A stretch of DNA of 64,000 nt from an uncultured Chloroflexia bacterium (GCA_963700285.1 CAVOXA010000014.1:128001-192000); one strand, 5' to 3'. Numbered from the stretch's first letter, positions 10,637-19,602 are shown. The notes: generated by a model from the letters alone, not told the origin. Program-made: numbers and translations.

Positions 10637-11884
10637 TCAGTCGCCAGCTCCCGTCCTGATCACCAGCAGCGCCATGTCGTCAAACTGTGCTGCCCCTGCT
10701 TGGAACTGGCCGACGCGCTCAAAAACCAGGTCACACGCTCCTTGGGCATCCATTGCGCTGGCAGCAAGCATGGTATCCTGGAAACACTTCACCCCAAAGA
10801 ACTCACCAGAGGGCGAGATGGCATCCGTGATGCCGTCGGTGTAGAGGATGAGCAAGTCGCCAGAACCCAGACACACAGCGACTTCCTCAAGTACCACCTC
10901 TTCGACGACGCCCAACGCCATGCCCTCAGCATCCAGGACCTTGCACTCGCCCAGGTCAGCCTGCAAGAGCAGAGGACGATCGTGACCGGCCCTGACGTAT
11001 TGAAGGAGGCCCTGCCCCACATCGAGGACTCCGTAAAAGACGGTGACAAACATGCCAACCTGGCTCATCTCCAGCAGCAGGCAGTTGACATTGAGCAGCA
11101 CGGACCGGGGCGAGGGGTTGCGTTGGGCTTCGGCCCGGATCAAACTCCGGGTGAGGGCCATGAACAGCGCCGCGGCCATGCCCTTGTCCGACACGTCGGC
11201 CATCACCAGACCCACACGCTGGTCGCCCAGGGGGAAAACGTCATAAAAGTCACCGCCTACCTGCCTCGCGGGCCGGTAGCGGGCCGCACATTCCAAGCCC
11301 GGCAGGCGCGGGAATGCGCGGGGCAGGAAGCTGTGCTGGATGCCGCGGGCAAGCTCCAGCTCCCGCTCCAGGCGCTCCTTTTCCACCAGTTGGGCCTGAG
11401 CCTCCTCCAGTTCGCGAAAGGCCCGGGCCAGCTCCTCGTTCTTGCGCTGCAGATCGGCGATCATCTGCTGGTCTGACTCCCGCAGCCGGGCGCTGAGTAC
11501 CTGCATCGTACGGTACATCAACTGGGGCTGTTCCGACAGCAGGGAGTTCATGCCCGCTTCGGAAAGCTCCAGCAGCGTCGTGGGCTCCAGGGCGCGGATC
11601 GTGGCCGAGCGTGGCCGGCCGTCGACGAGGCCCATCTCGCCAAAGATCTGCCCTGGACCGCGTCTGCTCAGGACCATCTCTTCAGCGCCCTGCCCTTTGA
11701 CCACTTCGACCTGCCCTTCCACGATTATGTACACTTCACGTCCGGCGGTTCCCTCCCGCACGATCGTTTGCCCCGGCGCAAAGCTCCGCTCCTGCGCTGT
11801 CTCGGCCACCCATTCTAGCAGCTCCGGTCCAGCACCTTTCAGAAAGGGTACCTGGATCAAGACCTCCCTATCGAGCCTGGTCAT
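10637..11884 (-). CDS. cNMP-binding domain + coiled coil + PP2C/SpoIIE-type Ser/Thr phosphatase
   Basis: FGEMGLVDGRPRSAT cNMP cassette; VGGDFYD, ADVSDKG, YTDGITDA, DDMA PP2C motifs. Confidence 0.92.
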   Translation of the reverse strand: MTRLDREVLIQVPFLKGAGPELLEWVAETAQERSFAPGQTIVREGTAGREVYIIVEGQVEVVKGQGAEEMVLSRRGPGQIFGEMGLVDGRPRSATIRALEPTTLLELSEAGMNSLLSEQPQLMYRTMQVLSARLRESDQQMIADLQRKNEELARAFRELEEAQAQLVEKERLERELELARGIQHSFLPRAFPRLPGLECAARYRPARQVGGDFYDVFPLGDQRVGLVMADVSDKGMAAALFMALTRSLIRAEAQRNPSPRSVLLNVNCLLLEMSQVGMFVTVFYGVLDVGQGLLQYVRAGHDRPLLLQADLGECKVLDAEGMALGVVEEVVLEEVAVCLGSGDLLILYTDGITDAISPSGEFFGVKCFQDTMLAASAMDAQGACDLVFERVGQFQAGAAQFDDMALLVIRTGAGD

Positions 11885-12286
11885 GCGTCCTCACTCAAGC
11901 TACGGCCAAAGAACACCTTGCCCTCCATCCCCTGCCGGTGCACGGCCTGACCTGGTGCCCGGATGCCAGGCCGGTGTTGATGCCGACCCGCACACCAAAG
12001 CCATGGAGGCCGCGGTTTCGCTCCCGATGTGTCGTGTACTCTTGCGCACCCTTATGGCTACCACGTCACAAGCGTCCAGGGCCAAATCGGCCCAATCGCA
12101 GCTTCAACCTGTATTGGGCAGCAACGTCAATTGAAAGTATACCACAGTTGGGGGGAATCTACCACTGCCGAGAGACCATGCCAAACTGGACCAGTCTGGC
12201 ACGCAGGTGGCATTCTCGTTCACACGGTATCCTAGCCGCGAGGGCTTGTTGCTTTCAGGGTAACAGAGCTGATCTGGTCTTTCGAG

Positions 12287-15200
12287 TCAAGCCACGCGCT
12301 GCAGGTCCAGCAACCGCCTGCTTGTGTCGCGTTCAAGCTGCCGGCCCACGTACAGGTGCTCGCTGACCAGGCGGTCGAAATCATCTTTGGTTAAGGCCAA
12401 TACGCGTGTCGGCGCCAGGGCCGTGACGGTGGCCGTACGAGGAACTTGAAGCAAGAGCGCGATCTCGCCCACGTACTCGCCTGGCCCGCGCTCAGCAGCG
12501 ACGCGCAGCTCGCCATCCTGGCCCACGGATACCTGTACCCGCCCCGACTCGATGACATAGAAGGTCTCCCCCATCTCACCCTGGCGCATGAGGGCTGCGC
12601 CAGGCTCGTAGGTCTGGGCTTGCAGTTGGGCAGCGACGAGCCGGAGCTGTTGGGCGCCCATCTCGGCAAAGAGCGGTACGCGCCTCAGCAGTTCCACCTG
12701 GGTTATGGAGCGATCCACCTTGTCCCGCAGGGCAAAGCGAGCTTTGACCAACTGTTCAAAGTCGCGGCGGCTCAAGGACAGCAACTCTGTGGGTATTGTC
12801 GTCCGGCATGTGGCGTTGCGCGGGGCATCGTGCAGCAGCGCCAGCTCGCCAAAATAGCCCCCTCGGTCCAGTTGGTTCACCACCTCGGAGACTCCTCGTT
12901 CGTCGCGCTGTGTCACCTCGACGTGCCCGTGCCGGACGATGAAGAACCGGTCCCCGCGCTCACCCTGGCGGATGACGGCCCGGCCAGGCCCGTGGTGCTC
13001 TACCCGCAGGCGGGAGCAGACCAGGTCAACCTCGGCACCGTCCATGGTAGCGAAAAGGGGCATGCGCTGCAGCAGGCGCCTGTAATCCTGCTGTACAGTC
13101 TGAAAGTCAGCACTCAGGCTCTCGGCCCGCTTTACCTCGCGGAACAGGTATTGGACTCCGATCTCCCGCTCCTCCCAGGGCAACCCATCGTAGGCCCGCT
13201 GCAGAGACCGCACCGCCAGCTTTTCCCCTACCTCCTCGGCGGTCAGGTCCAGGAGCAGCCCCAGCACGGCAGCATAGATCTCGCCCTGCTCGATGAGGGG
13301 GCGCTCCGAGACTGTGGCCTCCTCGACCTGCCCTGCGACGATGCTCACCGCCCAGCCAGCGGCCAGGGCATAGTTGTTGAAACGCTCCACCAGGTTGCGG
13401 GCAGCCCGGTCGCCGGCAATCTGGCGGAACTGCTCCACGAGGTCGGACACAGTCCAGCCCAGGGCCCTTTGCAGACGGCGCCCGTCGCTCAGGTCAACCA
13501 CGGCCCTGGGTTGGTCGCTCAGGAGGGCGATGGACCTGAAGGCCAGGTGGTGGAGCAAAAGCCCTCCAGCCAGGAGCAGATAGGCAAGCAGCGGAACGCG
13601 GCCGGTGAGCGCCGAGACCGCCATTCCTCCCAGGCTGAAGATCAGCAGCGTCCAGGCCGGACCAAAACTCGTCCGCCAGAAAGAGACCAGGGTAGGCGCC
13701 ATCAGGGCCAGTGTCAGCAGCGGGAGCAGCCAGCCGCTGACGGTCAACAGCGCCCCGGCAACCGTAGGGCTGGCCTGCTGCTGTCGCGCGACCAGCCACA
13801 ACACCAAGCCGTAGCTTCCCGCCAGGCCAAGGACCAGCAGGGCCTTTCCCATCCGGCTCATCTCTTTGAGCTTCGCGCCGGAAAACAGGAGGAGGCCGGC
13901 CACGGCCAGAGCGCCATAGGCCAGGTAGGCCAGACCGATGGCGACAGGTGCGACGAGAATGGGCAGCACAGGCTGCCCTTCTTTCACCGCAATCGCCCCG
14001 GTTCCCACAAGTCCGATCAGCACAAGACTCGGCACAAGAGCCAGGGAAAAGAGCCCTATCAGCCAGAACACAGGCGACAGGCGGGATCCTGCATAGTCGG
14101 AAGCAATGCGCCAGGCGAGAAAGGCGGCAATGCTCAGAGCAGCCACGCCGATAACCGGGGTCAGCGCCCGGTAGGATAAGGCAGCAGGTACCAGGCTGAG
14201 CGCGACTGCGGCAGCCAGGAGCAAGGCAGCCACATTCCAGGGGTTGGCAAAGAGGCCCTTCCGGGCCGCCCAGAGCACAACCTTGCGGACCATGCTTAGC
14301 AGGGCCAGGCCGATGGATAGGACCAGGAGCAGGCTGAGGGCCGCCAACCCCAGGGCAAGCAAGATCCTGCCCACGCCGCCGCCCCGAGTCCACAGGTCGC
14401 GCAGCGCCCCAGCCAGCCGCCGCTGCCAAAAGTAGGCGCCCATCAAGATGGCGTAGGCGGTCCAGGCCGCCGACAACAGGCCAAAGACAGTAAAGATCTT
14501 TTCCTCGCGGGAGAAGGAGGGCAGGACGCCTTTAGGGCTGGCCGAGACTTCGGAAGTCTTGGAGACTTCCGAAGTCTGCTCTTGCCGGACAGCCTTGACC
14601 TTTTCCCACAAACCACCCCGGATAAAGGCCAGCGATTTGCGCCGCAGCATGGGGATGTCGAGCCAGTCCATGAGCAAGTAATAGCCATCCAACTCTAGCA
14701 GGGGATTGAGGTTGAAAAAGACCGTCAGGTAAGACAGAAAGGCGAACTGGAAGAGCAGGGGGTTCAGCGCGAAGGCAGGCCAGAGAAAGAGTACGATACT
14801 GGCCAGGCCTCCCAGGATCAGACCCGAGTAAGGGCCCGCCCAGGTGACGGCCAGGCGAGCCCGTTTGCCCTCCAGCCAGATGTCGGTGGTATCCACGAAA
14901 AAGGCGGGCATGCCAAAATAGATCATAAACCCGCCGCGCCGCACTTCGCGCCCATAGTGCTTGACCGTCAGGGCGTGGGCCATCTCGTGGATGAGGACGG
15001 CGAACAGGTTGGCCACGATCAGGCCCATCATGCCCAGCGCGATAGAACCGGCGATGGTCACCACGCCGTACTGTCCCCCGCGCAGGGCCTGGACAAAGGC
15101 ATAAAAGCCCAGTACCGTTACGAGCAGGTAGAGGATCAGCACCGGTCGGGCGAAGAGCAATCCACCGACCCGCCGATAGACACCACTCAACGCGCGATCC

Positions 15201-15682
15201 AGGCCACCGATGGTGAATTGCCTTTGCAGAAAAGACTGCCAGACCCGGGCCAGACGGTATTGGGGACGGCGTCTCAGCAGGCGGCCCCGCACCCGCTGGT
15301 AGACGTTGACCGGCCGCTCGCTGAGCAGCAGGCCAGCTTTGAGCCCCTCTACCAGGGCGGCCACACGAGCAAAGGCAAAGGAACCATATTCAAGAAAGTA
15401 GGCAACGACCAGGTCCTTGACCGTGCGGCGGCCATCCATCCGCTCCCACAAGAAGTGGTCCCGGTCGCTCAGGCGGTAGTAGGTCTTGGTGGCTGGATTC
15501 TTCAAGACATAGTACACGCCATCGCGCCCTGTCAGGCGGCTGGCTATCACGCCCGGCGCCGCCTGGGGTCGGTATTGGGCCATCTCCAGCTTTTCGTACA
15601 GCCAGGCCTTCAGGCCCAGCCAGCCCTGATCGGGCTGGCTGGTCTCTTGCCGCAGCGTGTCCCAGAGGGAGGTTGCTTCCAT
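12287..15682 (-). CDS. Fusion: PqqD/RRE-like domain + M50 zinc metallopeptidase + multi-TM block + two cNMP-binding domains
   Basis: N-terminal YYVLKNP..YYRLS..FLWERMDGRRTV (PqqD-like pattern); HEMAH, AGP, NLNPLLELDGYY (M50); FGELALLHDAPRNAT and VGEIALLLQVPRTAT (cNMP). Confidence 0.85.
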   Translation of the reverse strand: MEATSLWDTLRQETSQPDQGWLGLKAWLYEKLEMAQYRPQAAPGVIASRLTGRDGVYYVLKNPATKTYYRLSDRDHFLWERMDGRRTVKDLVVAYFLEYGSFAFARVAALVEGLKAGLLLSERPVNVYQRVRGRLLRRRPQYRLARVWQSFLQRQFTIGGLDRALSGVYRRVGGLLFARPVLILYLLVTVLGFYAFVQALRGGQYGVVTIAGSIALGMMGLIVANLFAVLIHEMAHALTVKHYGREVRRGGFMIYFGMPAFFVDTTDIWLEGKRARLAVTWAGPYSGLILGGLASIVLFLWPAFALNPLLFQFAFLSYLTVFFNLNPLLELDGYYLLMDWLDIPMLRRKSLAFIRGGLWEKVKAVRQEQTSEVSKTSEVSASPKGVLPSFSREEKIFTVFGLLSAAWTAYAILMGAYFWQRRLAGALRDLWTRGGGVGRILLALGLAALSLLLVLSIGLALLSMVRKVVLWAARKGLFANPWNVAALLLAAAVALSLVPAALSYRALTPVIGVAALSIAAFLAWRIASDYAGSRLSPVFWLIGLFSLALVPSLVLIGLVGTGAIAVKEGQPVLPILVAPVAIGLAYLAYGALAVAGLLLFSGAKLKEMSRMGKALLVLGLAGSYGLVLWLVARQQQASPTVAGALLTVSGWLLPLLTLALMAPTLVSFWRTSFGPAWTLLIFSLGGMAVSALTGRVPLLAYLLLAGGLLLHHLAFRSIALLSDQPRAVVDLSDGRRLQRALGWTVSDLVEQFRQIAGDRAARNLVERFNNYALAAGWAVSIVAGQVEEATVSERPLIEQGEIYAAVLGLLLDLTAEEVGEKLAVRSLQRAYDGLPWEEREIGVQYLFREVKRAESLSADFQTVQQDYRRLLQRMPLFATMDGAEVDLVCSRLRVEHHGPGRAVIRQGERGDRFFIVRHGHVEVTQRDERGVSEVVNQLDRGGYFGELALLHDAPRNATCRTTIPTELLSLSRRDFEQLVKARFALRDKVDRSITQVELLRRVPLFAEMGAQQLRLVAAQLQAQTYEPGAALMRQGEMGETFYVIESGRVQVSVGQDGELRVAAERGPGEYVGEIALLLQVPRTATVTALAPTRVLALTKDDFDRLVSEHLYVGRQLERDTSRRLLDLQRVA
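14545..14577. repeat. REP-like palindrome doublet lying in frame inside the M50 fusion gene
   Basis: AGACTTCGGAAGTCT-TGG-AGACTTCCGAAGTCT, read as QTSEVSKTSEVS. Confidence 0.8.
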
Positions 15683-15698
15683 AAGATGTCCAAGACAT

Positions 15699-15727
15699 CG
15701 AGCCGTCCGCACAGTGCGGACGGCTCG
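15699..15727 (-). terminator. 13-bp GC-rich hairpin between precursor gene and peptidase gene
   Basis: CGAGCCGTCCGCA-CAG-TGCGGACGGCTCG; no clear U-tract. Confidence 0.6.
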
Positions 15728-15794
15728 GTGCGGTTGTCAGACCCCCGATAGGCACTGACAAACCTGGGATTGAGGGGAAGAGATAATGTTAAAT

Positions 15795-16067
15795 CTAGAC
15801 GATCTTGAACTCCGGTCCCACCATAGGACCGGCGTCGACGCTGCCAAAGGCCACCATTCCGGCAAAGTCCATTTTGGAGATGCGCTCGTCCAGAGTACCG
15901 GCCAGCGTCTCCATGGTCTCTGCGTCAAGACTCTTCAGTGCGGCCACCTCCTCGTCCGTCAGCTCAAAGCCCGCCAGCGCCTCCTCGGGGCTGGCAAACA
16001 GAGCCTCGCGAAAGTCTTTCTCCAGTACTGCCTTGCCGATGACAGTTTCCACAGCTTCCTTGGACAT
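15795..16067 (-). CDS. NHLP-clan (Os1348/Franean1_4349-like) RiPP-type precursor peptide B, 90 aa
   Basis: AAAGGAG RBS; MSKEAVETVIGKAVLEKDFREALFASPEEALAGFELTDEE leader; leader ends LDERISK; 25-aa tail. Confidence 0.8.
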   Translation of the reverse strand: MSKEAVETVIGKAVLEKDFREALFASPEEALAGFELTDEEVAALKSLDAETMETLAGTLDERISKMDFAGMVAFGSVDAGPMVGPEFKIV

Positions 16068-16128
16068 GGTACACGCTCTCCTTTTCTTGAGTTTGGTCTC
16101 TCGGCCTGATGGGCTCAAATCTGACCTC

Positions 16129-16194
16129 ATTCTACAGCACAACCGGGCTCCTGTCTATGACCGCCTTCACAGGCTGACTGTGACCTGCGTCACA
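16129..16194 (-). promoter_or_regulatory. CRP-dependent promoter of precursor B: -10 plus two CRP boxes
   Basis: -10 TAGAAT (16134-16129); TATGA-N6-TCACA 16156-16171; perfect TGTGA-N6-TCACA 16179-16194. Confidence 0.85.
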
Positions 16195-16201
16195 GTATCG
16201 C

Positions 16202-16822
16202 TCAGCGGCGACAACCAATGTCCGCCAGCAGAACTTCTAGGGCCGCGATGTTCCGCTGCTTTCCCGTCCCGCGAAGGGCCCGCGCTGCCCCGGTAAAGTA
16301 GGTGTGTTCTCGAAGGAACTGGAGTTGGCGGCGATACCAGGCTTCCTTACCCAGCCGCACACCGTGCGCCGCCCACTCGGCACGCAGCGCCTCACTCTGA
16401 ACCAGGCCATCCTCCCGCCCCAGGCTATCGAGGTCAGCATCGGCCAGGATCTCTTCTAGGGACGTAAGGGGTCGCTGCGGCAGCCTGGTGGCCAGGATCA
16501 GCCCCTGGACCACGGACACCTGTTTTGGCGTGAAACCAAAGCAGGGCAGGACCAGGACCACGATCTCGGCGCCGGCCCGTTCGTGGTCGTGGTACTGGAA
16601 CAAGAATCCAATGTCATGATAGGCCGCGGCGATTTCGATGAGCCGGGTCTCATCCTCATCCATGCTGCTGGCCGCCGCCAATCGCAGGGCTGCGGGCAGC
16701 ACGTCATCGTTTGTATGGGAAAAGTTGTGGTAGGTCAGTTCCGGAGCCAGTTCGCTTTGCAGGCGGTCCAGCGCATAGCGCTTGGCAGCCTCAAAATCGG
16801 ACTGGCGGTGAGGGTAGCGCAT
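16202..16822 (-). CDS. HD-domain metal-dependent phosphohydrolase
   Basis: YHNFSHT, AAAYHDIG, ADADL motifs; start could be further upstream (ORF to 16909). Confidence 0.88.
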   Translation of the reverse strand: MRYPHRQSDFEAAKRYALDRLQSELAPELTYHNFSHTNDDVLPAALRLAAASSMDEDETRLIEIAAAYHDIGFLFQYHDHERAGAEIVVLVLPCFGFTPKQVSVVQGLILATRLPQRPLTSLEEILADADLDSLGREDGLVQSEALRAEWAAHGVRLGKEAWYRRQLQFLREHTYFTGAARALRGTGKQRNIAALEVLLADIGCRR

Positions 16823-17157
16823 GGCTTCCCGGCCAGCTCCTGCCCACGGCTCTCCGCTCAGAATCTGCCAGCCGGTCACGGCCTCCGGATCCGTTCCCTG
16901 GATAGCCATTGCGCAGGAATGCAGATCATTGGACGCTCACGCGGCAGCCCTCGCCCTTCGCTGCGCATCGACCGCAGTCCACGCATGGGATCCATGTGCG
17001 CTGGAGGGCGCACTTGGAGGCCCGCCCGAGCTTGGCGCAGGAAAGGCACGGGTCTGTGACCCGGCCTGAGGGAATTCGGACGGGCGAGCCGGTGTCATTA
17101 GCCGGCACAGGTGCCGGGGGAGGGAATGCGGCAGCACATGAGTCCGATGCAGGTCTT

Positions 17158-17448
17158 CTATGTGACCTCAATCAGGGACGCCCTGCCCATGTCACCCGAC
17201 TCGCCGGCCCACAGCCCGTTCCAGCCGTAGCTGAGCACGCCCTGGTAGTCACTCTTGGAAATGCGCTCGTCCAGGATGCCGGCAAACGACGCAATGGCCT
17301 CGGCATCGATGGTCTTCAGAGCGGCTGCTTCCGCCTCGGCCAGGTCGTAGCCGGCCAGTGCCCGGTCGGGATCTATGAAGAGGAGGTCGCGGAACTCGCG
17401 GTCCAGCACTGCCCTGCCGATAACGGCCTCTACGGCTTGCTTTGACAT
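17158..17448 (-). CDS. NHLP-clan (Os1348/Franean1_4349-like) RiPP-type precursor peptide A, 96 aa
   Basis: AAAGGGG RBS; MSKQAVEAVIGRAVLDREFRDLLFIDPDRALAGYDL leader; LDERISK; 31-aa tail; collinear with precursor B. Confidence 0.8.
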   Translation of the reverse strand: MSKQAVEAVIGRAVLDREFRDLLFIDPDRALAGYDLAEAEAAALKTIDAEAIASFAGILDERISKSDYQGVLSYGWNGLWAGESGDMGRASLIEVT

Positions 17449-17532
17449 AGGATTCCCCTTTCTTTCAGGCCGGTCCCGCCCCAGATCGCGGGCGTACCTG
17501 CTACAGCCCCATCGAGATCGCTAACTGGTACG

Positions 17533-17598
17533 AGTATAACGCACTGCCGGACTGTGGGCCATGAACTGCGTCACATCGTTGCTGTTAACTGGGTCACA
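17533..17598 (-). promoter_or_regulatory. CRP-dependent promoter of precursor A: -10 plus two CRP boxes
   Basis: -10 TATACT (17538-17533); CATGA-N6-TCACA 17560-17575; TGTTA-N6-TCACA 17583-17598. Confidence 0.8.
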
Positions 17599-17616
17599 CT
17601 CCAGGCTAGCGCCGGA

Positions 17617-17658
17617 CAAAACGAAAGGGATGGAAACAGCAGAACCGTTTCCATCCCT
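17617..17658 (-). terminator. Rho-independent terminator downstream of the CRP gene
   Basis: AGGGATGGAAAC...GTTTCCATCCCT 12-bp stem, then TTCGTTTT on the minus strand. Confidence 0.7.
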
Positions 17659-17776
17659 CACAGGCACAGCACCGTCTATTTGCTTATGACAAGATCATCT
17701 CGCGCTTCAGAGAGTGGCCGGGCTCTCCCCCCTGAGCGGCAACAGGGTTGGCGGCTTCGCAGGCGTCTCGGTCCCA

Positions 17777-18478
17777 TCAATACAGGATCCTTCTCTCCAA
17801 TCCCTGCCGGTCCAGAATCGTGACCCGATGCCCCTCGATCTCGATCAGCCCCTGGTCCCGGAAGGCGCCCAGTACCTTGTTCACCCTCTCCCGGCTGGCT
17901 GCTACCCAGGTGGCCAGCTCGGTCTGGGTCAGGCGGAGATCGATGGCGACAGTCTCATTGCCTTGCTCCCCTTCCTGTCCCTCCCGCCCGTAGCGCTCGG
18001 CCAGCTCCAGGAGCTTGGCCGCTACCCTGCCATAGACGTCGAGAAAGGACAGGCTCTCAACATAGGCAGTGGTATAGCGGACTCGGGCGCTCAGAACCTC
18101 CAGGATGCTTCTGGCCATACCGGGGCAGGATTCCAGGTGCCGCAAAAAGTCGTCTCGGCTCAGGGTCAGCGTCACCGTCTTTTCCATGGCCACCGCCCCG
18201 GCCGAACGCGGCAGGCCGTCGAGCAGTGCCAGCTCACCAAATACCTCACCGGGGCCGTAAACGTTGACCGAAATCTCCTGACCAGACTCGCTGATGATAA
18301 AGATGCGGACCTTGCCCGATTCGATGACGTACAGACTGTGGCCCCGGCCGCCCTTGTGAAAGATGATCATCCCCTTGCCAAAGGTGCGTTTCCCCAGGCT
18401 GCCGGCCAGGGTCTCCAGATTTTGGTCAGAGACTCTGGCAAAGAACGAAACGTTCCGAAGCTGATCCACCTGGGACAT
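17777..18478 (-). CDS. Crp/Fnr-family cNMP-binding transcriptional regulator
   Basis: FGELALLDGLPRSA cNMP cassette; LTQTELATWVAASRERVNKVL HTH with CRP-type R-E recognition residues. Confidence 0.95.
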   Translation of the reverse strand: MSQVDQLRNVSFFARVSDQNLETLAGSLGKRTFGKGMIIFHKGGRGHSLYVIESGKVRIFIISESGQEISVNVYGPGEVFGELALLDGLPRSAGAVAMEKTVTLTLSRDDFLRHLESCPGMARSILEVLSARVRYTTAYVESLSFLDVYGRVAAKLLELAERYGREGQEGEQGNETVAIDLRLTQTELATWVAASRERVNKVLGAFRDQGLIEIEGHRVTILDRQGLERRILY

Positions 18479-18879
18479 TCACACCTCCCGCGCGCGCTGC
18501 AAGCGATTGGAATGCTCCTATTCTAACACACAACAGCAGAAAACAAAACCACTACTCTCATTTCCCGTGTCGCCGTGGGTCGAAGGCATCCCGCGGTCAA
18601 TCGCCCACAAAGTCTAGGGACGTCGTCAACAGCGCACAGTGGTCGCACTCAAGCTCCCGGCCTAGGGCCCAGGTCAAGAACACGACAAGCCCTGCCCGAT
18701 ACCCCACTGAATGTTTTCGAGCAGCGTCGCGCTTGAGAGAAGGCGCAGGATCGCCCCGGCGATGGCGACCACCAGGTCCAGGGCTGTGATGGCCTGATTG
18801 GTCGGATAGATGGGGTCGATAGGGGTGCGTCCCGGGGCGTTACGTCACTCGGCTTCGTCGTGTCGCACCTCTTCGATTG

Positions 18880-19481
18880 AGATTCACCTGCTGGTGTATC
18901 CACTCCGGCACCGGATAGCGGTTGAGGTGATGCTTGAGCAGGGTTAAGGGCACGATCAGTGGCACCAGCCCCTGCCGGTAGTCCTCGATGAGGCCCAGGA
19001 GTTCCTGCTTATCTTCGCTGGAGAGGTCATTCTTGAGGTAACCCATCAGGTGCTGGAGCACGTTCACATGCTTGCCCCGCGTGCCCAACACGGCGAGGCC
19101 CTCCATCAATTGAGCGCCGTACTCTGCGGTCAATTCGTCCCAGTCCCGCTTGCCCGCATCGGCGACCAGGCGGCCCATCTCAGTGTAGTGTTTGGGACTA
19201 TGGGCCATCAGCGTCATCTTGTGCGCCGTATGGAACTTGACCAGGCCACCTGGCGTCGGCTCCTCGTCTAGCATTCGAGTCCAGCGATAGTAGGCGAACA
19301 CCCGCTCGACAAAGTTCTCGCGCAGCGGCAGGTCGTTGAGCCGTCCCTCCTCCTCCAATGGCAGCAAGGGGAACCGGTTCATCACCTCTCGGGGGAACAT
19401 GCCCGTGCCGTTGCGCTCGGCCATGCCATGTGGATTGTACACTTTCACGCGAAATAAGCCTGAACTTGGCGAATCCTTCTT
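18880..19481 (-). pseudogene. DUF1722/YbgA-like gene fragment, copy A (truncated at both ends)
   Basis: KKDSPSSGLFRVKVY...LKHHLNRYPVPEWIHQQV; near-identical to 22738-23424 but lacks start and final residues. Confidence 0.85.
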
Positions 19482-19602
19482 ATAAGACTGGACACAAACG
19501 ACAAATCCAGCTGGCCAATGAACTGACTCTGACAACTAGAATCAAGCTCCGGAGGCTCTGCGACTGAGACCTGTTACTACGCGTGGTCGGCTCCAGAGAT
19601 AG

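Noticed and set aside
11900-12085. Small ORFs in gaps of the peptide locus (11900-12085, 16926-17171) as extra precursors or immunity proteins
   Set aside because: No RBS, no NHLP leader similarity, and composition typical of random GC-rich frames.
12446-14179. Long antisense ORFs (12446-14179, 25580-27121, 36307-37983 and similar)
   Set aside because: Shadows of real genes on the opposite strand in high-GC DNA; no motifs or RBS.
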